Assembly: GCA_016748015.1 (NCBI GenBank)
Contig: JAAOMT010000694.1
Location: 310,001-374,000 of the forward strand
Reading direction: 5' to 3'
Source of the DNA: Geosiphon pyriformis uo1
Taxonomy: Eukaryota > Fungi > Glomeromycota
Length of the DNA: 64,000 bases
The notes beneath the pieces are model-generated. The model did not search any database, was not told where the DNA came from, and was given only the letters and a program-made list of their open reading frames with translations. Shown piece after piece: positions 52,901 through 64,000 of this stretch. Positions within the stretch are counted from its first letter, which is position 1. Every line of letters begins with the position of its first letter. The position numbers were made by a program, and so were the translations under genes.

Positions 52901-55900
52901 AGCTTAAGAACTTTTTATGTTTTTAACTTGTAAAAATCTAAAATTCAAAGATTACTTTTATATAAAAACTTTTAAGTTCTAAAGCTTTTTTGATATTAAA
53001 AAAGATAAAATGATATTTTTTTTAACTTTATTGTAAGGCTTAAAATAGTAAGCTATAGAAAATAACCTTTAAAATAAAATAAAAGCAAATTTATCTTTTT
53101 ATGATTTGAAATGTTTCATAATCCTCAATAAAGAAATTTATTTTTTTATCTATTGTTTTTTGATAAACTACTTATAAAACATATAATTCAAGATCATCGC
53201 CAAAGTGGGTCCAAAATCTAAGCCACTATAAAGTCTATATTCATTAACATACTTGCTAAGTTTACCATTACTAACTTTGTTATCTCAAAGAGAAAAAACA
53301 AAACTTCCTTCTTCATTCAAAAATTTCTTTTGAGAATCTTAAAATTGTGGATTAAAGCTACCAATTAGTTAACCAGTTTCTTTCACTTTGATTATACTAA
53401 CTATTACTTCTTTGTCATCGCATAATCGATAAAAATTAGCTGAAATGAATCTGTCTTAACTTATTCAAAGTAACAATTTAAAAATTATTTCTAAGATGAT
53501 TTATCAAAAAAATTGGTTTGGCAAACCAACAAAAGATTTACTAATTAGAGAAGATATATCTTATAACTAATTTTTCTTTATCATCAGTCTTCTATAAATG
53601 TTAAACTAATAAAAAACATTGACAATTTATAAAAGTTACATTAAATGATGTCCAAGTCAATATAATATTTGAAAAAAGTAAACTTTATTACTGGTCTATT
53701 ATTATACTCAAAACTTGTTAGGAATATCTAATAATAAAAAATCACCAAATAATGAAACAAACAACAAAGCTTATATGTTTCAAGATAGTGCTAGATTTAT
53801 TATTTACAATAATAAAACGAATTTTATTTAATGTTAAATCTATAAAATGATAATAAGTTTAAATTTAACAAAACAAAATCTTTATTAAAAATAATTAGTT
53901 ATTATATGACAATTATATAGAGATCTTTTACATTTGATATTTCATATCGGATAGCTATTAATTACATAATATAAAATATCTTGATCATTGGATATATGAC
54001 AAAGACAAAAATACTTCTTTTGAAGATCGTATTTTTAAAGAAGGTAGATGAGCGAGAGGCAGAATTCTATTTTGGGATAAGAAAAATCAAAAGCATTAAC
54101 GAAGTGGGGTTGCGAAAGTTGCATTGAAAATGTCTAAGATACAGCCAAAATATAAAATATTTTAATTGCGATGATGTATTTTCTTTTAAGAAAACTGTTA
54201 TTTTATTATTCTAATTTCTTGTACTAATACTAGAAAAACGCATTGGGATAGTTTTTGTCCATCTTAAAAGCCCTTTTAGCCATGTAACCAAGTATAGGAA
54301 GGACCCAAGAATGATCCCATATTTACGAAGCAAAAAAATAATCGCGACGTAATATAAAATAATCACGATGCGAAATAAAATGACGCAAACACAACTTTTT
54401 TTTTCACAATATCAGTGATGAGCATGGCTAATTATTAGTACTTTACGGAGCTGCGATTATCAATCAATATTCTCTTTTATTAAAATGTCTACATTGAAAC
54501 AAAACAAAAGTGGAGCTACCAACGATTTGTTGATTCAATTGAACAACAAAAACTATGAAATATCTGAAATACTTTCAAAGTTTCCAACATTAATTGATAA
54601 TTAAATCAACAACAAGCTTTCACCTGTTGATAAAAAAACAGTTTATGGAATTGTGGTTGTAATTGGCAAAAAATTCAAGAAAACAAGTACAACAACATCT
54701 TAAATTAAAATGGGCAAGACTTCAAATATTGGATGAATCAACACATCGTAAAAGAAAATTTGACCATTTTACTTTAAGGCAGAAAATCCAATTTCACCAT
54801 TTTTACATCAGCAATAAATAAAGAGAAATTTTTGTTTGTGGTGGAAGTAAAATCACCAAGACATCGTCATTCAAAGAATTTATTTAATAATAAAATAAAA
54901 CTAAAACATTTAATGAATGATTGTTTAGACAAGATGATTGATGATAGTATAGAAAACCAAAAAATATAGTTACAAAAATTTGAACACTAAATACTTTAAA
55001 TCAACTTTACTTTATATATGTTTGATAATTAAAATTTTACAAATTATTATTTAAAGCATATGTTGATTAAATTAAGCAAAAAACAAGATTTAATTAAAAT
55101 TAGGCTATTAATAGAAAAATGGTAGGGCTAACTCTATTTGTGTTGATCACTACCCGTGTCTTTTAAATACTTTTCGCTTTTTCTTGCAACAGAAAAATAA
55201 TTTTTCGAAAGCAAAATAAGCTAGTCTTATTTCTTACCCAAAATCCACCCCATGCATTAATTTTTGTATGATCTTTTGGAATGCAATGAATTGGTCGTGG
55301 ACCCTTATACCAGCATTATACCCTGTTCCAAAAGAGTTGGAAGGCTGTCTTGTATGGAAATTTGTGTTAAAAAATATAACACTTGAACATTCATATTCCA
55401 ATCATTTTCATATTTAACTTGTTGACTGTATCAAGAGATTTTATTTCAGGAATCAAACCAGTGTGTTGTTCCAAAATGTGGTTGGATGATAGCTTTGGTG
55501 TCATCTTCTTATTTGGTTCAAACAGGTTATGTTGGGTCTTAAATAAACATTTATTGTCTGAATTCTTAGGAAAACATGAATGTTTTAAGTAATTTCTAGT
55601 CTTGTTGTATGAAGCAAAATATTTTTATAATGCTTAAACTCTAATTAAATACTAGTGAATTTCTTAGTTATGTTTGATCTGTTTCCAAAGTTGGAAAGTG
55701 GAAAATTGTCTGGAGACAAAAAAATTGAAGCTTTTTTTGTAGAATCTAATAGAATTAATGAATTGTTCTCTATAAAATTCTTATGAAAGATTTCTTAATA
55801 ATCTATTTGAATTTGTCCAATTAAAAGAAATTATACTAAAACTATTAGCTAATATACACATTCCAACATTTTTTGACATATGGTTTTTTTTCACTATTCT

Positions 55901-56402
55901 CACATTCGATAATGTTTTTAAAGAGCTAAAAGTGATTGAAATTTTTTTGAAATAACTTAAGACAATATAAGAATCAAGTAGTTCTCAGATTCATTAATAT
56001 TTTTATTTCAAGAAAATTGAGTATAGTTTTTGTTTCAATTTCTGAACATGGCAATTTTTTTTGACAGTTATTGGTTACAATAATAAATAATTTGTTATGA
56101 TCTGAATAAATCAAAACTAAAGCTTTAATTAGCTTTTGTTCTAATTCTTTAAAAACTTTCTGTTAATTGCTAGTTTATTTATAATTGGTGTTTTTTGTTT
56201 ATAATTAGTAAATAGCTGAATAATTGCTAATAATATTTAACTAATCTCAAAAATTTTCTTAATTTTATTAAATTCTGGAGTTTTGAAAAGTTTTTTTACT
56301 TTCTCTATTTTGTTTGAATTAGTCTTTGCCAATTATATGTTTTAAGAATTAAAGCTTTGTTTTTCTGAAAAAACATTTATTGATATTGAATTTTAATTCA
56401 GC

Positions 56403-56508
56403 TTATTAAAGTTTTTTAAACATTTACTGTAAATAGTAGAAATATTTATTAAAGTTTTTTAAACATTTGCTGTAAATAGTAGAAATGTTTATTAAAAGTT
56501 TTAAAAAA
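56403..56508. repeat. 43-bp tandem duplication x2.4
   Basis: TTATTAAAGTTTTTTAAACATTTRCTGTAAATAGTAGAAATRT repeated. Confidence 0.8.
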
Positions 56509-59500
56509 TATATTAACATTATTTATTTAAATAACCACTAATTTTTATTAATTAAGCTAAATAGTATTATATTAAATTCAAAATTTTTTAATATTTGAAT
56601 TCATAATTATTTGCCAGTAATTACTAATTAAATTTAATATAAAAAACCACTTTTTCTTATCAAATAAATTAAATAATTCTTGAATTTATAAAGTTAGATA
56701 ATTATTATTATATATAATACTATTAAATTTTTAATAATTTATATAAAAACAAAATTCTCTATTTTTTTTATAGATAATAATTATAAGTTTATTAATAATT
56801 GAATAAATTTATTGTTTAACATTTAATTAATTTTGTGTTAAATAATTTTATGATTGGTTAATAGTATTTAATATTGTTATAATCAAATATAATACACTAA
56901 AAAATAGCAAAAAAGAATAGTATTCTATTTTAATAAAATAATCAAAAAAGTAATTTAATATTAATAAGTGAATTGAATTAGTAGAAATTTAATATATGAA
57001 ATTAGTTTTATAAATATTTCAGTCATTATTTTTTTTCAAAAAATAACAAAAAAATCTGAAAATAAAAAATTAATTTATATTATTAATAAAAGATAACATA
57101 TTAATATAATTCTATGCTTTATATTAACACTTTTAGAATTTGATATTAGATATTAATTGTATTTTTCAGTAAAAATTTATTCAATATTTTTATAAAAACT
57201 AACAATTATATAAATCAAAAAAAATAATAATATTAATACTAATAATAAAATAAAAAATTAATATGATTGATTTAATCTTTGTTTTAAATAAATTTAATTA
57301 ATAATTAGATTAATGATTAAATTAATAACTAAATTAACTAAGTTTCTGTAATTTGACAACAATTACCAAAAAAATTGAGATATAATATATAATACACAAA
57401 TCTTGTAATTTTGGAAATTTGAATTTAATTAAGCTTATTAATATCTTTTTTTAGTCTAAAAATTCAGTTAAAATTGATATAATTTATATTAAAAAACTAT
57501 TTTAAAGATTAAAACATTCAAATAGTTTATTTTTAAAAGTAACTTAAGAATTTTGTCATTATAAGATAGAATAATTTTTGTTTTCACATTTATTTTTTAC
57601 ATATTTAATATATTTCTTGTAATAAATTTAATAAAAATATAGTTATTTTATTTTTAAAGATTTTGAAAAAAATTTAGATCTTAAATCTAGTAAATACATT
57701 ATAACTAATAATTTTTTTCAAGAAAATTCATTAATAGTCCTATTTAAAATAATTATAATTTTAAAATTTAAAGGTTTTTTAATTGCATACCTATCTATAT
57801 TTTTTATTAAAAACAAAAATAATTTTAAATTATAAATTTTTTTTTCCTTGTTTATAATAAATATACTACCAAGTATTAAATATATTAGAATCAACAAAAT
57901 AGAAAGAACTAAAAATTAATAAAGTTATTTAAACTTAAATCTAAATTTTATAACAATAAAATGCCTAAGAATTCTTTATTATAAAAGATAAAACTGTTAA
58001 AATAAGTGTTATTATAGCAATTGCAATTAACTTTTATTTGTGTTTTTTTAAAATTTTGCTAAATAATTAATAATCAAAAAAAATAAATATGAAATTTGAT
58101 AGAATTAAATTTTTAAACTGAAAAGTAAGCTTTTTATTTAAAATAGTTATATTTGAATTTAATTTATAAAGCAACTTATATTAATAGATTAATTAATTTA
58201 ATTAGTATAAATAATTATTAGAAAAAAATTAGTAAAAAAGTCATTAAAGTAATAATCAAATTATTATTGCTATTTATGTGATATTTGAATATTTAATTCT
58301 TATTATTTTAATTAATTTAATGAAATATTTATCATTTTTTATTTTTACTTCTTTAATAGTTATATATATTAAACAAACATTTATTCTAAATTTCTAAAAT
58401 AATAAAATACATATAAAATATTGAAACATATAAATATAGATTTTTAATAAAATTTGTATAACATGAAATATGTACAAATATTTATTAACAAATTTTTATT
58501 TTAGAAGTTAAAAAACAAGTTAAAAATTATGTAGTATATAGTCATTGAGCTTAATAAAATTTATTCTATTAATATAGATTTATTATAAGCTATATTTGAA
58601 TAAACAATAAAAAAAATGACATAAGCAGAAAAAAAAACATGCGGAGTAATTTTATATATTTTTTTAGACATTTTAAGAAAAATAGTTGAAAAAAGTTGTA
58701 AAAACTTTATTTTTTTAATTGAAAATTTAAGAAGTCAGAAAAGTACATAAATTAATTGCAAAAAATGATAAATTAACAACAAATTTTTACAATAATTAAG
58801 AAAAACAACAAAAAATTCAATAGCAGATTTTAATAAGAAATTATAAAAGAGTAACAATTTATTTAAATTTGTTCATTTCATTATAATTAATTGGTCTTAT
58901 TAATTAATTTTTTACTTATTTAAATTCAATATGCTAAACTATTTTATATTTTAGAAAAAATTTTAGGTTGTATAAAAAAATATAAATAAATTTTATTTAA
59001 ATTTAAAATCTTTTTATAATTAAAGAATGAAGATGGTTATTTTAACAATTATCTTAACCGTTATTTTTATTTACTGTATGAAATATATTTATACAGTAAA
59101 TTTAAAACATCCAGTAATTTGTATACATCAACATTTTTAAATTCTTTATAAACAATATATAATCGTTTTAAACACAAATTCAGAATATTTTTTGTTTAAA
59201 ATAACTGCAATTTAAAATAAACTTTTTGAATTTTTTTATTTTTAATTATATGAATCATTTATTAGCCGTCAATGTTATATATATTTTTTGAATTAGTTGT
59301 CAACGGATTATTAATCTAATTATTAACTAAATTGTTGACTTTAATTATTTGTTTTTTATTAACTATATAAACAAAAATTTTTAAAGTTGTTAAAAAGTAT
59401 TTTGTTTAATCAAAAAAAAATTAAATACCGTTTTAATACTATTTTATTGTTAAATTAAAGTCAACTAATATTTTTAGAAAAAATTGTATTCGTTAAAATT

Positions 59501-62377
59501 ATACTGAAAAAGAAAAAACTTTTTGTTGTAATTTATTAAATAAATATCTATTAAAAAATAATCAATACTTGTTATTGAATTTTCAGAGTATTAATTAAAA
59601 CATTAAATTGTAACAGCTGTGTTATTTTTTACTTTTAAATTTTTTTTTGAAATAATTAATAACTGCAATTTTGAAACTGGCTCCATTAATTAAATTGCTT
59701 TCACATATAGTCTATTTTTTTATTAAAATTTTTTTATTCAATTTATATTGCTCTTAATTATTTAATTTCTGTTATCTGTTATTTTTTTATAATAATTAAT
59801 AACAATAGTAAAGGTTTTTTTGCAATCATTTTAAAAAATTAAAAATTATAACATTAAACTGATTATATATATTGAATATTTTATATATTTAATTTGCGTT
59901 TTTGGTATAATTCTTAAGTAATTTATATTTTTTTGATTTTATTATTCGTTATTTATTAATTTATTTATTGAAATTTGTAACTTTATTCTAATTCACAAAT
60001 ACAAAAATTAACCTAAATTTTTAATAAACCTATTAGTAATTTCATAATTTATTTAAGTTGATAATAAAGATCTGAAATTTATCCATTTCAGAAAAAGTAA
60101 TTTTAATATTTTTTTAAAAAACTATTTACATAACACAAAAACATTACAATATTTTAAGATTAGCATCATTTTCATTGAAAATTATTCAGTTTTATTTAAA
60201 AAATATTTACAAAATTTGTTTTCAAAGAGTTCAAAACAAAAAAAACGTATAAATTGATTTATTACTAATTAACAAAAAGATCAATCCCATAATAGCAAAC
60301 GAATAGTTTTTGATAGTTGTTATTGAAAAGTGGTCAAAATTGCAAATGATAATATTCTAATGTTAAAAATTAAAAGTTATTTATATTAATACTAATAAAT
60401 TTTGAAAAAATAAAAGAATTTTTAAAAAATTTAATAAAAATTATATATTTAAAATTTATGATTATATAATTTTATTGATAAACATAATAATAAATTAAAT
60501 ATATATATATGAATTAAATTTTAACTATAAAATTATTATTGAATAAATCAGCAATAATTAATTAATATGTGTAAATAGATCGATGAATTCATGTTCTGGT
60601 TAAACGATGAAATCAGAAAGCATTTTAATAATGACATTAATTGAAACAGATAAAGAATTTGAGGGAAGAATCATTTCTTTTTATGTTTATGTTTAAAACA
60701 TAATTATCAAATATTATATATAATTTTATTTTTCTATCTTTTTAAAAGAAAATTTTGAATGTGAGGGTTACTGACTGTAGAGCGCTTCCTTTTCATTAAA
60801 ATTTATATTAAATCTTAAACAATTATCATAAATAAGGTGTAAACTTTTAAACTAATAAATTTTACCGCTGTAAACTTTAGTATTATAAAAAGGGAGGACC
60901 TTTATTTTTCAAATTATTTTAACTTATGGAATTGCAATTTCACACCATAAGGAATGGAAATGAGTACGGGAAATAGATGTAAAAAAAAGTTCGTTTTAAG
61001 TCTTTACCTGCTTCCAAATTTATAAATATTGTTATCATTGATCAATTTAATAAGAACAAACATAGTGTAATTATATGGCAGTTATTTTGAATTTTCTTTT
61101 CCTTAAATTAATATTAACAAATTGAAATTTTGAATGTATATATATATAGCAATTGTTCTATCATAGCACAAATCCTAATTCTTTATACACTTTTAGTTCA
61201 AATTTGGATTCTAAGATAATGTATCCTTGCAAAGAATTATTTTATGAAGTCGAATAATGAAATTATTGCAATAGATTTTTAAAAACACATTTAATTAAGG
61301 GGATAAAGATTATTTTATTGTCATTAATAATTATTTTTGTGAAAGATGAATTATATAATAAAATTTATAGAAATTTTAAGTAGCCATATATTTTTAGTTT
61401 TTGGCTTTCTGGAATATTTTTTGCATTTATCCATTGGTTTTTTTTACATTTAAATGCTTTAGAAAGAAAAGAAAAGCTCATGAAATTATGAAAATTTATT
61501 CGTTTTTTTTTATTAAAAATTTTCCAATGTCTCTATATACATGTATAATGATAGTTTGTTGGCTCTAAGCCTTCTTAATTAGTTCAAAATTATTGATTAT
61601 AAAGCCTTATAAATCAATATCAGAACAGACTGTTTTCTTCAACAAATAATTTTAACAATTCTATAAAAAATTAAAAGAACCAGAAAATGATAAAATGTTA
61701 AGACTCTTAATAATAAAGTTCATTTGTAAACTTTTATTGACAATGTATTTATTAAGTTGTGCTTGATTTTACTTTATTTAAAAAATTAAAATATATATAA
61801 TAATAATATAAATTTTATTTAATACTTAAATCTTTTTATAATTATATTTATTAATTAAATTTAAAAAATAATCAAACAAATCACATATAAACTGAAATAT
61901 TCAAATAATAATGATTTATGAAAATTTAAATTGATAAAAACTAATTAATATATGGTTACTTATTTATTATCATTTATAATTATTATTATTCAAAGCGATA
62001 ATACAAAATATATATATATAAATATATAAAATAAAAATGTAAATGTTTAATTTTAAAATATAAATATAAATGTATATATTATTGTTCCAAATATACAATA
62101 ATATTCATAAATAGTGGTTAATTAATAAAATTATTTGTAATTAAATGTTACTTAAGTATTTAAAAAGCAATATTAATAAAAATCACTGAGAAAACAATTT
62201 ATTTAATTGTAAAAAAATAAGTATATTGTAAATGATTATATGTTTAATTAAAGAAATATGATTAAAATAAAATAATCAATAAAGATCAATTTCAAAGAAA
62301 TTAATGATAATAAAAAAATAAAAATTTTTATAAAATTAATCTAACTATTTTCATGAGCTGGAATTTTAAAAAGTATT

Positions 62378-63989
62378 TTAAAAATCAAAAATCGAATCTA
62401 AGCTAAGATTATTCGGACTACAATCATTCATTCTTATCCCAAAATATGGTCCTCTATGTATAAAATCATTCGGTACATTATTTATTGACTGGCCAGCATT
62501 GCATTCCTTTGAAAATCAAAAAGGGGGATAAAAATAAGTTAGCTTGATTGACATTTATTAATGAGTAACAATATTAATAAAGTCTAACCTCATTTTCTCC
62601 AGACCTGACCCCATCAGGAAACAAGGATTCAAGAGATACATCATAATATTTCAAACCTTGTGAGTCATAGTCAAACCCCTTACACTCATAAAATGAATAT
62701 TCTCTATTATTTTTCTCTGTTGAACATTCACATGATCCTGGCAAAATCCAATACTCTCTCTCAAAATGTTCCAAATAAATATTTCCAAGCTCACGCGGTA
62801 AAAAATGTGGAACGTGATCGTTAAAATAAGTAATTCGATGAACTTTCAATAGTTTGTTTACCAGTCGGGCAAATACAGCGTTACCAACCCTCGGGGCTCC
62901 AAATGTAATAGTTGAAATTTCAAAGTCAGAAAATTTAATTTCAGGAATAGTACCGAGACCGTCCATCAAAAATGTTTCAATTTTCCATGACAGTCCAGCG
63001 AGTGTTGCATAAGCTAAGAAAAATGTTTTTAATAAATTAACATATTTTTCTTTGAATTTTTATAAAAATTATTTTTTTTAAAACGTACCACCACCAATCC
63101 CGTGTCCAACAAAGCGGATAAACTGAATTGTCGATTTATGTTTTGAATTGAGGAGTAGTCCATCGAGAATTGTAGCAAATAGCGAGGAACGCACAGCTAA
63201 AAAATCGTTTTGCCACTCTTTCTCAACCAGAACCAAGTTATGGGATTTAATTCCTTCTACTCTATATGTTGTCAGTTCATTGCCTCGAGTTTCCCATTGA
63301 AACTTTGTTAGTACTGGTCCTTTAGTCAGGTGAATTAAATAATTTAAAATTTGATTTCTTAATTCATTAGAATTTTTTGGTTGATGAAAATTTTGAATTT
63401 TATAACTTTTATTACCCTTAAAATTTACAATCACTGATCTGCTGGATCTTTCTATATTTACATTAACTTCAAGATAGAATAAAGAAAGTAATTAAAAAAT
63501 TAGCCTTTTTTGAAATTCTCAGATTTAAATAAAAAATTAAAAACCTTTTAAACGGCCACTGGGAACTTTTATAGCAAGATATTGATTTTGCATGCAATAA
63601 ACGTGATTCGAGAAATACGACATCACTTTTAATTCTCGGAAAAAATCAATACTCTGTTTAAGATCAATCAATCGCTTTGATTTTCCATTCACTGAACGAG
63701 TGTTGAGTAATGTCGAGGGATAAAAATTAGGACCAAGACCAGGACCAGGACCAGGACCAGGAATAGGACCAGTACCAGCACCAGCACCAGGAATAAATGC
63801 TTGACTTTTGTTATAATGGAGATTGGTCTGTTCTAAGGTTTTTAAACTAGGCCATGATGAAGTTTGTACATTTAAAGACAGAAGATCAGTATGAACAAAA
63901 ATTGAAAAACTTTTATATAATAATAAATTTAAAAGAAAAAATATTAATAGGATTAATAAGAAATTATTTATATTAAAAATTTGGTACAT
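62378..63989 (-). CDS. Secreted or membrane-anchored class-3 lipase-like protein lacking the catalytic Ser; exons 63989-63545, 63466-63089, 63013-62589, 62506-62378 (458 aa)
   Basis: GT-AG splicing gives 445+378+425+129 = 1377 nt with no stop. Hydrophobic N-terminus, Pro-Gly linker, VIVNFKG, FVGHGIGG|AYATLAG, TITFGAPRVGN, RITYFNDHVPH, EYWI, ECNAG..IHRGPYFG. Confidence 0.92.
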
Positions 63990-64000
63990 GTCGAACTTAT

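Noticed and set aside
59069-59101. Near-perfect palindrome as a MITE or Helitron end
   Set aside because: Very AT-rich and isolated, with no TIR partner, TSD or CTRR terminus

Overview
Eukaryotic, very AT-rich, repeat-dense fungal-type DNA. The TE families and lipase genes suggest a glomeromycotan fungus (Geosiphon-like); this is my recognition, not a database result. Bases 1-28 kb are a nest of decayed Ty3/Gypsy LTR retrotransposons, LTR fragments in both orientations and an old LINE. Bases 28.5-35.2 kb hold a near full-length younger LINE (ORF1; APE-RT-RNaseH-ZnF ORF2). Roughly 36.5-46 kb and 56-60.5 kb are almost pure A/T. A ~47 kb island carries minisatellites and a 28S rRNA fragment. Two class-3 lipase-like genes with the same 4-exon plan lie on the minus strand, one frameshifted (48.8-50 kb) and one intact (62.4-64 kb); both have Gly in place of the catalytic Ser. 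Main leads: (1) 'complex' Gypsy elements with dUTPase, a Cys-rich insert, a possibly free-standing integrase ORF and a conserved non-env third ORF next to LTRs carrying family-specific tandem arrays; (2) RIP-like, largely non-CpG C>T/G>A hypermutation of repeats; (3) secreted or membrane-anchored pseudo-lipases. All coordinates were read by eye, so boundaries in decayed DNA are approximate.
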